Made by a program: the position numbers and the translations under genes. Under the pieces are notes generated by a model. It saw only the letters and a program-made list of their open reading frames with translations, was not told the origin of the DNA and did not search any database. From an uncultured Planctomycetaceae bacterium (lineage in GTDB: Bacteria > Planctomycetota > Planctomycetia > Pirellulales > PALSA-1355), in NCBI GenBank assembly GCA_963785305.1, contig CAWAUV010000008.1:64001-128000 (forward strand): DNA of 64,000 nucleotides, in the 5' to 3' direction. This document shows, one piece after another, positions 11,651 to 22,378 of this stretch; positions within the stretch are counted from its first letter, which is position 1; every line of letters begins with the position of its first letter.

Positions 11651-13323
11651 ATGTCGCTCAATAAATACAGTGCCCGTATCACGCAGCCCAAAAGCCAGGG
11701 CGCCAGCCAAGCGATGCTCTATGGAACCGGCCTGACCGAGGCCGACATGCAAAAGCCGCAAGTCGGCATCGCCAGCGTGTGGTACGAAGGCAACACCTGC
11801 AACATGCACCTCAACGAGCTCGCGGCCAAGGTCAAGCAGGGCGTGGTGGCCAATGGCATGGTCGGCATGCGGTTCAACACCATCGGCGTTAGCGACGGAA
11901 TCTCGATGGGCACCGAAGGCATGAGCTATTCGCTCCAATCGCGCGACCTGATCGCCGATTCGATCGAAACCGTCATGGCCGCCCAGTGGTACGACGCCAA
12001 TATCTCGCTGCCAGGCTGCGATAAAAACATGCCCGGCTGCCTGATCGCCATGGGCCGGCTGAATCGGCCCGCGATGATGATCTACGGCGGCACGATTCGC
12101 GCCGGCCACTGGCGCGACCAAAAGCTCGACATCGTGTCGGCCTTTCAATGCTATGGCCAGTTCATCGCCGGCTCGCTCGCCGAGGACGATCGCAAGGCGA
12201 TCGTGCAGCACAGTTGCCCTGGCGCCGGCGCTTGCGGCGGCATGTACACCGCCAACACCATGGCCACCGCGATCGAAGCCCTTGGAATGTCGCTCCCCTA
12301 TAGCAGCACGATTCCGGCCGAGGACCCCGCCAAGCTCGACGAATGCCTGCGGGCCGGCGCCACGATCCGCCGGTTGCTCGAAATGGATCTCAAGCCCCGC
12401 GATATCATGACCCGCCGGGCCTTCGAAAACGCGATGGTCACCGTGATGGCTCTCGGCGGCTCGACCAACGCCGTGTTGCATCTGATCGCCATGGCCCGGG
12501 CCGTGGAAGTGCCGCTCACGCTCGATGATTTTCAGGCCGTGAGTCGACGCGTGCCGTATCTGGCCGATCTAAAGCCGAGCGGCGGCTATGTGCAAGAAGA
12601 CTTGCATCAGGTGGGCGGGGCGCCGGGAGTGATGAAATATCTGCTCGAAAAAGGCCTGCTCGACGGTGATTGCATGACCGTGACCGGCCGCACGCTCGGC
12701 GAGAACCTCGCCGAGCTGCCGGGCCTCGACCCCAGCCAAAAGATCATCCGCCCGATCGAAAACCCGATCAAACCGGTCGGCCACATTCAGATTCTTTACG
12801 GCAATCTCGCCCCCGAGGGCGCCGTGGCCAAGATCACCGGCAAGGAAGGCACTCGCTTCGTCGGCCCCGCCAAGCCCTACGATTCGGAAGAGGCGATGCT
12901 CCACGCGCTCGAGCGAGGCGAGATCGTGAAGGGCGATGTGGTGATTATTCGCTACGAAGGCCCCCAGGGCGGACCGGGCATGCCCGAAATGCTCACCTGC
13001 ACCTCGGCAATCATGGGCGCCGGGCTCGGGGCCGATGTGGCGATGATTACCGACGGCCGCTTTTCAGGCGGTTCGCACGGCTTCATCGTGGGCCATGTGA
13101 CGCCCGAAGCCCAGCTTGGCGGCCCGCTGGCGCTAGTCGAACCGGGCGACTTGGTGACGGTCGACGCCTCGGACAACACGCTCGACATGGATGTGAGCCT
13201 CGAGGAGCTCGAGGCCCGGAAGTCCCGCTGCGCGCCCCGGCTTATAAAGCCACTCGCGGCACGCTTTATAAGTACATCAAGAACGTGAAAAGCGCCAGCG
13301 AAGGCTGCGTGACCGACGAGTGA
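11651..13323 (+). CDS. ilvD: Dihydroxy-acid dehydratase; frameshift near 13235
   Basis: [35 protein letters not shown] and [12 protein letters not shown]-terminus [21 protein letters not shown] lies in the alternative frame. Confidence 0.97.
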
Positions 13324-13685
13324 CCGGCCGCGCATCTTGCCCACCGTTGGCGTAAAAGATAGGGCGCCGGGCCGGGTTATTTCACGCGATGAGCGTTGCG
13401 CGGCACGTTCGTCCTGGCGGCGTTCTTTCTGATCCGAGTCGATTCCACGCCACGAGAGTCAGGCATTAATTGCGCCGCCCCCCTGGCGGCGGAATGCCAA
13501 CATCATCACAATGGGGCGGTTCACTTCGCTTGCCGGTGAGAGTCTATCCGGCAACGTCTCCCATCTCGCCTTAGGGCGCAGCGCTCGGGGGCCGGCTCGA
13601 CGGAGTTCTCGGACCGGTTCTTGGTTGCAGGCGCCTCTCGGGCGAGCAGTTTATCTTTTCACGTTGCTTTTTTAGGGATCAAACC

Positions 13686-15521
13686 ATGTCGAACAGTTCT
13701 CGATTCCAAGCCTTGGCGTTCGTCGCGCTGGGGGCAGGACTTGGCTACCTGGCCGCAAGCGGCGGGCTGCCTTTCACGGAGCGGGCGCGCGCTGAAGGCG
13801 CCGGTCAAGTAACTGCCGAGGGCGCCGGCCAAACGCGGAACAGCGGCGACGCCCCGCCGTCCGAGTATCGTCTGAAGCATGAAATCGCCGAACCGCAATT
13901 GACCCGGCCCGACGTGGAAATCGCCCAAGCTTCGGCAACGCCCAAAAAAGCGGCCGCCCCAGCGAGCCAGGGCAAGAAGCCCAATATCCTGTTCATCATG
14001 GGCGATGACATCGGAATGTGGAATATCGGCGCCTACCATCGCGGAATGATGGCCGGCCGCACGCCTAATCTCGATAAGCTCGCCAAGGAGGGCATGCTCT
14101 TCACCGATTACTACGCCGAGGCCAGTTGCACGGCGGGCCGCGCCAACTTCATCACCGGCCAGTTGCCCATCCGCACCGGCATGACCACCGTCGGACAGGC
14201 CGGCGCCAAGACTGGTTTGCCCGCGCAAGCCTGCACCATTGCCACCGCGCTCAAAGCCCAGGGCTACGCCACCGGCCAATTCGGCAAGAACCATCTTGGC
14301 GATCTCAATGAATTTCTGCCCACGGTCCACGGATTCGACGAATTCTTCGGCTACCTCTACCATCTCGACGCGATGGAAGACCCCGCGCATCCGAACTACC
14401 CCCAGCAATTGCTGAACATCGTCGGTCCGCGCAATATGATCCACTCCTGGGCCACCACCACCGACGACGCCACGGTCATGCCTCGCTGGGGCAAGGTCGG
14501 CAAACAGAAAATCGAAGACGCGGGCACGCTCTATCCCAAGCGGATGGAAACCGTGGATGACGAGATCCGCGACCTGGCGCTGAAATTCATCGACAAGGCA
14601 AAGGCCGACAGCAAGCCGTTCTTCGTCTGGCTCAACCCCACACGCATGCACATCGTGACCCACCTTTCGCCCAAATGGGAAGCGACTCGCAACTCCGAGA
14701 ACGGTTGGTCGGAACAAGAAGCCGGCATGGCCCAGCTCGACGACGACATCGGCCTTGTCCTGAAGAAGCTCAAGGATATCGGCGAGGAGGAAAACACGAT
14801 CGTCGTGTTCAGCACCGACAACGGCACGGAAACCTTCACTTGGCCCGATGGCGGGCAGACGCCGTTCGCCCAGTGCAAGGGCACCGTGATGGAAGGCGGC
14901 TTCCGAGTGCCGTGCATCCTGCGCTGGCCCGGCAAGGTGGCCGCCGGCGCCGTGCAAAACGGCCTTTTCTCGGGGCTGGACTGGTTCCCGACTTTCCTTG
15001 CCGCGGCGGGGAATGGCTCGATTACCGAGGACCTGCTCAAGGGAGTAAAGCTCGGCGACCGCACCTACAAGAACCATCTCGATGGCTACAACCAAATGGA
15101 CCTGATCACGGGCAAGGGCCCCTCGGCGCGGCGCGAAATCTTTTACCTTGGCGAGAGCACGATCGGCGCCGTGCGGATTGGCGACTACAAGTACCGCTTT
15201 ATCGACCAGCCCCGAGGCTGGTTGGGCGAGAAGACCCATCCCGACGTGCCCTATATCACGAATCTGCGTCTCGATCCGTTCGAGCGCACCGGCTGGCCCG
15301 ACCACGGGACCAAAGAGGGCGGGCAGCAATACTTCGACTGGTTCAAATTCCAGTTCTGGCGATTCGTGTTCGTGCAGGAAGTGATGGGCAAGGAGCTTCA
15401 GACCTTCCTCGACTTCCCGCCGATGCAGGAAGGCGCGAGCTTCAATCTCGACGCCGTGAAAGCCGAGATGGCCAAGCGAATGGAACAAGCGAAAGCGGCG
15501 GCCAAGGGCGCCGGCAATTAA
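13686..15521 (+). CDS. Arylsulfatase (formylglycine-dependent), secreted
   Basis: KPNILFIMGDDIG, SCTAGR, GKNHLGD and TDNG; N-terminal signal/TM segment. Confidence 0.95.
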   Translation: MSNSSRFQALAFVALGAGLGYLAASGGLPFTERARAEGAGQVTAEGAGQTRNSGDAPPSEYRLKHEIAEPQLTRPDVEIAQASATPKKAAAPASQGKKPNILFIMGDDIGMWNIGAYHRGMMAGRTPNLDKLAKEGMLFTDYYAEASCTAGRANFITGQLPIRTGMTTVGQAGAKTGLPAQACTIATALKAQGYATGQFGKNHLGDLNEFLPTVHGFDEFFGYLYHLDAMEDPAHPNYPQQLLNIVGPRNMIHSWATTTDDATVMPRWGKVGKQKIEDAGTLYPKRMETVDDEIRDLALKFIDKAKADSKPFFVWLNPTRMHIVTHLSPKWEATRNSENGWSEQEAGMAQLDDDIGLVLKKLKDIGEEENTIVVFSTDNGTETFTWPDGGQTPFAQCKGTVMEGGFRVPCILRWPGKVAAGAVQNGLFSGLDWFPTFLAAAGNGSITEDLLKGVKLGDRTYKNHLDGYNQMDLITGKGPSARREIFYLGESTIGAVRIGDYKYRFIDQPRGWLGEKTHPDVPYITNLRLDPFERTGWPDHGTKEGGQQYFDWFKFQFWRFVFVQEVMGKELQTFLDFPPMQEGASFNLDAVKAEMAKRMEQAKAAAKGAGN

Positions 15522-15532
15522 TCGCCTATCCG

Positions 15533-15567
15533 ACCATCCCCTCTCTGCATTGGGGAGAGGGGATGGT
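15533..15567. terminator. 13-bp stem-loop between convergent genes (terminator/REP-like)
   Basis: ACCATCCCCTCTC-tgcattggg-GAGAGGGGATGGT. Confidence 0.6.
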
Positions 15568-15607
15568 GGGCGTCAGACAAATCAGGAAGTTCGTTTGAGT
15601 CCGCTGC

Positions 15608-16588
15608 TCACTTCGCCGACGCCGGCGTGTCTTTGACGAACGCCAGCAATCGCTTCGTCAAATCTTTATCGAGATTGGCGAGCTCCTTGGCAATGAGAGC
15701 GTGCGCCGCGAGTTGGCTGCTGCCGGGGTAATCGACGGCGACGAACGTGCTTTTGGGCAGAAGGGCATTGAACGCCGTTGATTCTTGAATCGCTTCGGGA
15801 CGCTGCTTGACCGCCGCGATGAAAAACGGCGGGCAGACGTCGGGATTCTGGCGGGCATGCCACAGGGGCGATGCCTCTTTCAGAGTTTCCGCATCATCGC
15901 CGAAGGCGTCGGCAATCATCTTTCGCACCAGCAATGTGCCCGTCGTGGTCAGGTCGAAGCTGGCGGTGTCGATCGGCATCACGCCGGCCAAGGCCGATTT
16001 GGGCGAGAGTCCATGGGCCTGCAAATACTTCGGCGCCGTGGCGACGAGCGCCACGAGCTGAGCCCCCGCCGAATGTCCCAACAAAAAAACTCGCCGAGGG
16101 TCGCCCCCTTGCGCGGCGATATTGCGATGAACCCAGTCGATTCCCGCGGCAACGTCTTCGACATGCGCCGGATGAACCACGGCGGGCGAGAGCCGATAAT
16201 CGAGCGCGACCATCACCACGCCGGCGTTGGCCCATGTTTGGCAAAGGCGAATCCCGCCCGGATTGTCCTTATCGCCACCTCGCCAGCCACCGCCGTGAAC
16301 CCAAATCACCACCGGCAACGATTGGGAGTTTTCTTTCGCGGCCGAATGGTAAACCTTGAGCGATTGCCTCGGGTCTTTTCCGTAGTCGACCGCCATCGGA
16401 GCATTGCCCGCGACTGGCGCATTGCCCGCGACTGGCGCATTGCCCGCGACTGGCTCCGCGGCGGTCGCCACCCGAGCGGCGAGCAGGCATGTGATCAGCG
16501 AGAGCTTCAACCAGCCCTGCGGCGGGCTTGGCCCGAGCCCGCCAATGCGCGGCCTCCGAGACTGTTCGCGGAGCGGATGATTCGCCAT
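15608..16588 (-). CDS. Alpha/beta hydrolase (HSL-like esterase), secreted
   Basis: VHGGGW and GHSAGA nucleophile motifs; signal peptide followed by PVAGNA repeats. Confidence 0.9.
   Translation of the reverse strand: MANHPLREQSRRPRIGGLGPSPPQGWLKLSLITCLLAARVATAAEPVAGNAPVAGNAPVAGNAPMAVDYGKDPRQSLKVYHSAAKENSQSLPVVIWVHGGGWRGGDKDNPGGIRLCQTWANAGVVMVALDYRLSPAVVHPAHVEDVAAGIDWVHRNIAAQGGDPRRVFLLGHSAGAQLVALVATAPKYLQAHGLSPKSALAGVMPIDTASFDLTTTGTLLVRKMIADAFGDDAETLKEASPLWHARQNPDVCPPFFIAAVKQRPEAIQESTAFNALLPKSTFVAVDYPGSSQLAAHALIAKELANLDKDLTKRLLAFVKDTPASAK
16399..16454. repeat. 18-bp tandem repeat, about 3 copies, in-frame (PVAGNA)
   Basis: GCATTGCCCGCGACTGGC units inside the hydrolase N-terminus. Confidence 0.9.
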
Positions 16589-16878
16589 GACGGCCCCCTT
16601 TTTCGTTCGAGTCCCAAGATCGGGCTCATTTACCGGATGGGAATTCTTACATGACCCTCCGATGATACCACGGGCCGACCGCACCGCGAGGGGGTCGCGA
16701 GGCGACTCGCGCGGAAGCGAGTCAAGCGCGGGAGCTAAACCAGCGGAGCCGAAAAGCGACGCGATCGCGCGGGCCCGGCAGCCTGTTGACTTCCTGATTT
16801 GTTCGCCCGTCGCCCATGCTTCTGTCGATGCGCGGACTTTGTCGAGAAGTTCTTCGGGCCGTTTCGTTCCGACTTGTG

Positions 16879-17820
16879 CTACTTGCCGCCGATGCGAGCA
16901 AGCACGGTGTCGAGTGTTTGGCGGAGCACCTGGGCGCTGCGTTTGAGGCCCTGCATTTCCTTGGGCCAGAGCTCGATTTCGAGCGTTTTTTGAATGCCGC
17001 CCGCCCCGACGACCGAGGGCACGCTGATCGCCACGTCGCGCAGGCCGTAGCAGCCCTTTTGCACGCTGGAGACCGGCAGCACCGCCCGGCGATCGAGCGC
17101 CACCGCTTCGATCACGGCTTGGATCGCCACGCCGACCGCGAACCCGGCGCCGCCTTTCTTCTTGATCACTTCGGCGCCGGAGCCCTTGGCGCGAGTGAAC
17201 AGTTCATCGGCCAGTTTGGGGCTCCAGCCCGGATAGCGCTCGAGCGGCAGGCCGGCGATCGAGGCGCTTGACCAGATCGGCACCATGCTGTCGCCATGTT
17301 CGCCGAGAATGAGGGCGCTGGTTTGCGTGGGCGGAGCGCCGAGCTGGGCGGCGATCAGGCTGCACAGCCGGATCGTGTCGAGTTGCGTGCCCAGGCCGAT
17401 CACTTGCTGGGTGGGCAAATCAAGCCGTTGGGCGGCCAGATAGGTGAGCACATCGACCGGATTCGAGACCACCACGACCACGGCGCCCTTCTTCGGCCCG
17501 GCCTTCTTGATCTCGGCCAGAATGCCGAGAAATAGATCGACGTTGCGATTGATCAGATCGAGCCGGCTTTCGTCGGGCTTGCGGCGCAGGCCGGCGGTGA
17601 TGCAGATCACGTCGCTCGAGGGGATATGCTCATAGCCGCCCGAGGTGATGGCCTGGTCGGCCATGAGCGTGGCGCCGTGCAAGAGGTCGAGCGCTTGGCC
17701 CGAGGCCAGTTCGGCGCTCACGTCGAGCAGCGCGATTTCGCGCACCACGCGGCCGGCCTGCAAGGCAAAGCCGGTGCAGGAGCCGACCAATCCGCCGCCG
17801 CCGATAATGCTGACTTTCAT
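16879..17820 (-). CDS. Lactate/malate dehydrogenase family protein (PVM microcompartment locus)
   Basis: IIGGGGLVG, TAGLRRKPDESRLDL, SNPVD and GEHGDS. Confidence 0.93.
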   Translation of the reverse strand: MKVSIIGGGGLVGSCTGFALQAGRVVREIALLDVSAELASGQALDLLHGATLMADQAITSGGYEHIPSSDVICITAGLRRKPDESRLDLINRNVDLFLGILAEIKKAGPKKGAVVVVVSNPVDVLTYLAAQRLDLPTQQVIGLGTQLDTIRLCSLIAAQLGAPPTQTSALILGEHGDSMVPIWSSASIAGLPLERYPGWSPKLADELFTRAKGSGAEVIKKKGGAGFAVGVAIQAVIEAVALDRRAVLPVSSVQKGCYGLRDVAISVPSVVGAGGIQKTLEIELWPKEMQGLKRSAQVLRQTLDTVLARIGGK

Positions 17821-17911
17821 GGGATATTCCGCTGGAATGAATGGTGGATGGATGATTTCGCCAGGCGAAGCGCGAGGCGCTCGCCCGATCTTTTCCCGGA
17901 GGGAGCGGGGC

Positions 17912-18799
17912 TCATTTGCCTTGGAGCGCGGCGAGCACGCGATCGGTGATGGCTTGCACGAGGGCTTCTTGATCGATCGAGGCGGCGACCGGTTTTGTGC
18001 CTTCCGAGGCCGGGGTGGCGTCGGCGGCGCGTTTCACGATCGGCGGCGGCGCGTCGAAGGCCCGTCGCTCGACGCCGCTGTGCGGCCAGCTTTCGCGAAA
18101 CACGTCGTTGGCGCAGATGTCGCAGTTCTCCATGCCCGGTGCAAGCCGCGCGTCGGTGAATCCCCACTTGGTCTTGAGGTCGAGCAGTTCGCGCGATTTT
18201 TGCTCCGAGAGATAGGTCACTCGGCCGAGGTCGCGGCTCATCATGAGCATGCGGCAATAGGCGTCGAGAATTTCGGTCCACCAGTAGGCTTTCTCGACCG
18301 TTTCGCCGAAGCTGATCGTGCCGTGATTGGCCAGGATGATGACGTTCGACTTGTGGACGAACGGCAACACGGTGTCGGCGAAGGCCTGCCCGCCGGGGGT
18401 TTCGTACTTCGTGATCGGCACATCGCCCAGGAACACCTCGACCTCGGGCAACACGCACTGCGGAATCGGCTCGCGGGCAATGGCAAACGCGGTGGCGTGC
18501 GGCGGATGGCAATGCACGCAGCTCTTCACCTCGGGCTTGGCCTTCATGATCGCCAGATGCAGCAGCACTTCGCTGGTGCGCTTGCGGCGACCGGCGAGTT
18601 GTTTACCCTCCATGTCGACAATGCACAGATCGTCGGGCTTCATGAAGCCCTTGCAGATCATGGTGGGAGTGCAGAGCACTTCGTTTTCGCTAAGACGAAA
18701 GGTGATATTGCCATCGTTGCCGGCCGCGAAGCCCTTGGCGTAAATGCGTCGGCCGATATCGCAGATTTCTTCTTTGAGCTTATGCAGGTTCGGATGCAC
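17912..18799 (-). CDS. pvmN: Class II aldolase (fuculose/rhamnulose-phosphate aldolase-like) with C-terminal encapsulation peptide
   Basis: GNDGNI, SEVLLH, HCHPPHA and NHG zinc ligands; C-terminus IDQEALVQAITDRVLAAL. Confidence 0.9.
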   Translation of the reverse strand: MHPNLHKLKEEICDIGRRIYAKGFAAGNDGNITFRLSENEVLCTPTMICKGFMKPDDLCIVDMEGKQLAGRRKRTSEVLLHLAIMKAKPEVKSCVHCHPPHATAFAIAREPIPQCVLPEVEVFLGDVPITKYETPGGQAFADTVLPFVHKSNVIILANHGTISFGETVEKAYWWTEILDAYCRMLMMSRDLGRVTYLSEQKSRELLDLKTKWGFTDARLAPGMENCDICANDVFRESWPHSGVERRAFDAPPPIVKRAADATPASEGTKPVAASIDQEALVQAITDRVLAALQGK

Positions 18800-18875
18800 G
18801 GTTGACCTCGTGTTTTCGGCGGGCGCCGCAAAAAGGGGTTTTTAAGGATGCTATTCAATGAGTCGTGGAAGCGAA

Positions 18876-19211
18876 TCAGTCCTCGGGCGCCTCGGCGACG
18901 CGAACCGAATCGAGAATCGCGGCGTTGTAAGCGTCGATCGGTTTATCGTGTGGAGAAAACGGCTGGGCCGCCTCGCCGCCTTCGGCCAGCGCGATGAGCG
19001 AGCCGACACCGACGCCCAGGTCGTCGTAGGCCACGAGCTCTTCGGCTCGGGGAATGAGCGACGGGGCGCCGATGGTGGCTCCTTCGCCGAGCGGCGCGAG
19101 GCTCGCCAACTCGTTCAAATCGAGCGGGGCGACGAGCCGGTAGCTGCCGCCAGCCAGCAACGGATGCCAGCGGCTGAGGGTCAAGTCGCCCAGCACTTTC
19201 GCAATTTTCAT
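18876..19211 (-). CDS. BMC pentamer (EutN/CcmL family)
   Basis: MKIAKVLG..AYDDLGVGVG..EGGEAA..PIDA. Confidence 0.9.
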   Translation of the reverse strand: MKIAKVLGDLTLSRWHPLLAGGSYRLVAPLDLNELASLAPLGEGATIGAPSLIPRAEELVAYDDLGVGVGSLIALAEGGEAAQPFSPHDKPIDAYNAAILDSVRVAEAPED

Positions 19212-19293
19212 CGTCGAGTCCCCAAGTCTGGGTTCACCGTGAACTTGCCGCCGGTCGTCGCCACGCGGGCGCGACCGTCGGCGTCATGGACAT

Positions 19294-20073
19294 CTACTTC
19301 AAGCGATCGTTCCAACGTTCCGGACAGCGACTCGCGCCGGCGGCGGCGAAGGTTTTCGTAATTTGCAGCAGTTCCCAATAACTTCGCCCCGTGGGGTCGA
19401 CGATCAACACATTCGGACCCAGCGAACGGATCGCGGCGGCCACATCGCGAGCCGAAGCCGCTTGCGCCGCCCGCATTCCCGGCGCCCGATTCACCAAGCA
19501 AACCGCGGCCGCCGCTTCGCTCGTCAGCACGATCGCCGAAGCCGTGGGAGCCGAAGCCGTGGGAGCCGAGGTGGGCCGCACCGCGCCGATCACGGCCTCG
19601 ACCGCCGTGAGCAAGTCGGAATTCGTCGTCACCTCCAGGAAACGTCTTGGGCATGCCAGCGCCGCGGCGAGCGGGCCGGCGTCGAGCGTGCTTCCGATGA
19701 TTGCCAAAATCAGTCGATGCTTCTTCACGTGCTTCTTCGGCGCCTCCGCCGGCGTCGCGAACTCGAGCTTCACCCGGCGCTCGCGAAGCAGGTCGCGCGC
19801 GGCCGGCGTCACGATCGCTCCGACCGGCGCTCGGCACGCGGTCATTCCGCGAAGCCGGCCGGTGAGCGTGGCGGTCGTGACCAGCCGCTCGGAAAGTGTT
19901 AATGTTGAAGCGGAGTTCGTGGTTGCTTGGTTTGGGTTCGCGTGTCCCGCGGCCGAGTGGTTCATGGTTTCGAGACGCTCGCGGCTCGCATCGGCGACCG
20001 TGTGCGCGAGCGCTTCGCGCACCAGCGCTTCGATGGTTTCACGGGCATCGGGTTGGGTTCGGTTCTCGGCCAT
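19294..20073 (-). CDS. PVM-locus hypothetical protein: N-terminal encapsulation-like helix and RpiB/LacAB-like C-terminus
   Basis: ETIEALVREALAH; PVGAIVTPAARDLLRER; AVCLVNRAPGMRAA..GPNVLIVD. Confidence 0.7.
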   Translation of the reverse strand: MAENRTQPDARETIEALVREALAHTVADASRERLETMNHSAAGHANPNQATTNSASTLTLSERLVTTATLTGRLRGMTACRAPVGAIVTPAARDLLRERRVKLEFATPAEAPKKHVKKHRLILAIIGSTLDAGPLAAALACPRRFLEVTTNSDLLTAVEAVIGAVRPTSAPTASAPTASAIVLTSEAAAAVCLVNRAPGMRAAQAASARDVAAAIRSLGPNVLIVDPTGRSYWELLQITKTFAAAGASRCPERWNDRLK

Positions 20074-20330
20074 CAATCGGCAATACCCATCACGCTCCAC
20101 CGCGCGGGCGTCGTTTCGCTCTTCGTGAGACCGCGCATCGCCTTGCCATCGCTCGTGAGCACTACCTGTTCGCCTAGGCCGGCGCCGAGGGTATCGATCG
20201 CCAGCACCGGCTCGCCATCGGGCGAAGCGCCGTCGGCCGCGAGCGGCTGCGCCACGAGCAGCTTCATTCCCGCGAGCGACGGATGCTTGACGCTCGAAGT
20301 CGCGTGGCCCACGATGGTCGCGAGTTGCAT
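20073..20330 (-). CDS. BMC pentamer (EutN/CcmL family)
   Basis: MQLATIVGHATSSVKHPSL..AIDTLGAGLGEQV..GIAD. Confidence 0.93.
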   Translation of the reverse strand: MQLATIVGHATSSVKHPSLAGMKLLVAQPLAADGASPDGEPVLAIDTLGAGLGEQVVLTSDGKAMRGLTKSETTPARWSVMGIAD

Positions 20331-20394
20331 GGAAATCGTTCTTTCGGTGGTTCCGTGGAATTCGTCTGCCGAGTGAGTCGATCGTTTTCGTTGC

Positions 20395-21864
20395 TTATGC
20401 TTTTCCCAAGATTCGTAGGTCATCGATCAGCGAGCAGCGCCGCTCACGAGTGAATGTGAGCGGCGTGGTGACGCCTTCGCCGGTGGGCGTGGCGATCGAA
20501 AACGACAGATAACCTTCGCCGCCCAGACCGAGCGCGGCCATGCACGGGCCGTTTTTCACGAACAGCGTCGTGTCGAGCGCGCGGCCCATCTTGGTCATGT
20601 TCCGCACATTGTTCGAATGAATGATCGCCGTGTGGCGGAAGCCATGTTCATAGTGTTTGGCCTTGGCGATCGCTTCGTCCACGTCGCGACAGCGCACGAA
20701 CGGCACGAAAGGCATCATTTGCTCGACCGGCACGAACGGGTTCGATTCATCGGTCTCGGCGAATAGCAGCTCGGTCTCGGCCGGCACGCTCTTGCCAATC
20801 TCCCGGGCGAGCACGGCGGCGTCTTGGCCGATAAAATCCTTGGCGGCCACATCATGCTTATCGGCGCCTTCGCCCACGCTGGTGATCGCCTTGCTGGTGA
20901 GCGCGTCGACTTCGCGGCTATTGAGCCTCGCGGCGCCGGCGCGGTCCATGGCGGCCATCATGGCGTCGAACACCTCGCCGACGACGAACACTTCCTTTTC
21001 GGCGATGCAGAGCAGGTTGTTGTCGTAGGCGGCGCCGGTGATGATCGAGCGCGCGGCGCGGTCGAGATCGGCGGTTTCATCGACCACGACCGGCGGATTG
21101 CCCGGTCCGGCCACGACGGCCCGCTTGCTCGAGCGCAGGGCGGCCCGCGCCACGGCCGGCCCGCCGGTGACGCAGATCATCTTCACGCCGCGATGGTTGA
21201 AAATGGCGTCGGCGGTTTCGAGCGTGGGTTCGGCGATCACGCAGATCAGGTTGTCGATGCCCAGGTCGCGATAGATGGCTTCGTTGAAGCGACGCACGCC
21301 CTCGGCCGCCACGCGGCGCCCGCTCGGATGCGGATTGACCACCAGCGTGTTGCCGCCGGCGATCATGCTCACGGCGTTGCCGGTGATGGTGGGCAGCGAA
21401 TGGGTGACGGGCGTCACGGCGCCGATCACGCCGAACGGGGCGTGTTCGATGACCGCCAGGCCGTGATCTCCGCTGAAGACCTCGCTGCGCAGGAACTCGA
21501 CGCCCGGAGTGCGTTCGCCGAGGGTTTTGAGTTTTTCGATTTTGTGGGCGAGGCGGCCGATCTTGGTTTCTTCCATTTCCATCGTGCCGAGCTCGACGCA
21601 CTGGTCGATCGAGATGCGGCGGATATGGTCGATGATCCGTTTGCGTTCCTCGATCGTTCGCTCGCTGAGCTGTTCGAAGGCATGCGTGGCCGCCTCGACC
21701 GCTTCGTCGACGCTGGTGAACACACCCCGCGCGCCGCAGTGGCACTTGCAGCCGCCGCCACACGACGCGCCGCCACTGGAGCCCGCGCCGCCAGACGCCG
21801 CCGGCGCCAAGCGAGAGAGCACTTCCGACACCACTTCGCGAATCAATTCTTCGGTCGCTTGCAT
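20395..21864 (-). CDS. pvmJ: CoA-acylating aldehyde dehydrogenase (EutE/PduP-like) with N-terminal encapsulation peptide
   Basis: [38 protein letters not shown] and TPTGEG; N-terminus [15 protein letters not shown]. Confidence 0.95.
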   Translation of the reverse strand: MQATEELIREVVSEVLSRLAPAASGGAGSSGGASCGGGCKCHCGARGVFTSVDEAVEAATHAFEQLSERTIEERKRIIDHIRRISIDQCVELGTMEMEETKIGRLAHKIEKLKTLGERTPGVEFLRSEVFSGDHGLAVIEHAPFGVIGAVTPVTHSLPTITGNAVSMIAGGNTLVVNPHPSGRRVAAEGVRRFNEAIYRDLGIDNLICVIAEPTLETADAIFNHRGVKMICVTGGPAVARAALRSSKRAVVAGPGNPPVVVDETADLDRAARSIITGAAYDNNLLCIAEKEVFVVGEVFDAMMAAMDRAGAARLNSREVDALTSKAITSVGEGADKHDVAAKDFIGQDAAVLAREIGKSVPAETELLFAETDESNPFVPVEQMMPFVPFVRCRDVDEAIAKAKHYEHGFRHTAIIHSNNVRNMTKMGRALDTTLFVKNGPCMAALGLGGEGYLSFSIATPTGEGVTTPLTFTRERRCSLIDDLRILGKA

Positions 21865-21949
21865 ATCAGGCTTCGTCCCGCGGGAGTTTTAATGTTCTGA
21901 ACGTGGGGATGGATTCTTCGGTTGAGAGCCGGTGGCTGGGTCTGGGGGC

Positions 21950-22273
21950 TCAGCTTCGCGGCGCTTCGGACCGCAGCGTCACTTCGCTCTGATCGACGCG
22001 CACCCGGTCGACAATGCCGATCACCACCGCGTCGATCGGCAATTGCTTGGTCTCGGGGGTTTGTCGGGCGCTGGAGCCCTGGGTAATGAGCACGAAGTCG
22101 CCCTCGCCCGCGCCGACCGTGTCGACCGCGATGAAGGTGCGGCCGGTGCTGACCAGCGCGGTGCGGTCGCGGGCGTCGAGACGAACTGGCTCGACCACCA
22201 GCAGTCGCTGGCCGACCATCGACTCGACCTTTTGCGTGGCGATCACGGCGCCGGTCACTTTGGCGATGAACAT
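21950..22273 (-). CDS. BMC pentamer (EutN/CcmL family)
   Basis: MFIAKVTGAVIATQK..AVDTVGAGEGD..GSSAR..IDAVVIGIVD. Confidence 0.95.
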   Translation of the reverse strand: MFIAKVTGAVIATQKVESMVGQRLLVVEPVRLDARDRTALVSTGRTFIAVDTVGAGEGDFVLITQGSSARQTPETKQLPIDAVVIGIVDRVRVDQSEVTLRSEAPRS

Positions 22274-22378
22274 GGCAGGGGCTTTCTCAAAAACCGCGAA
22301 AACGCGGACTTCGCAACGCTCTCACGACAAGTCGTTCTCAAGACAACACGTTCTCGCGACACGATATTCTCGCTCCGC

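Noticed and set aside
13659..15488. Long antisense ORFs (e.g. 609 aa here, 543 aa opposite groEL, 605 aa opposite ackA)
   Set aside because: Shadow ORFs typical of high-GC coding DNA; no motifs.
19535..19570. 15-bp duplication encoding SAPTA repeats
   Set aside because: In-frame linker expansion with no evident function.
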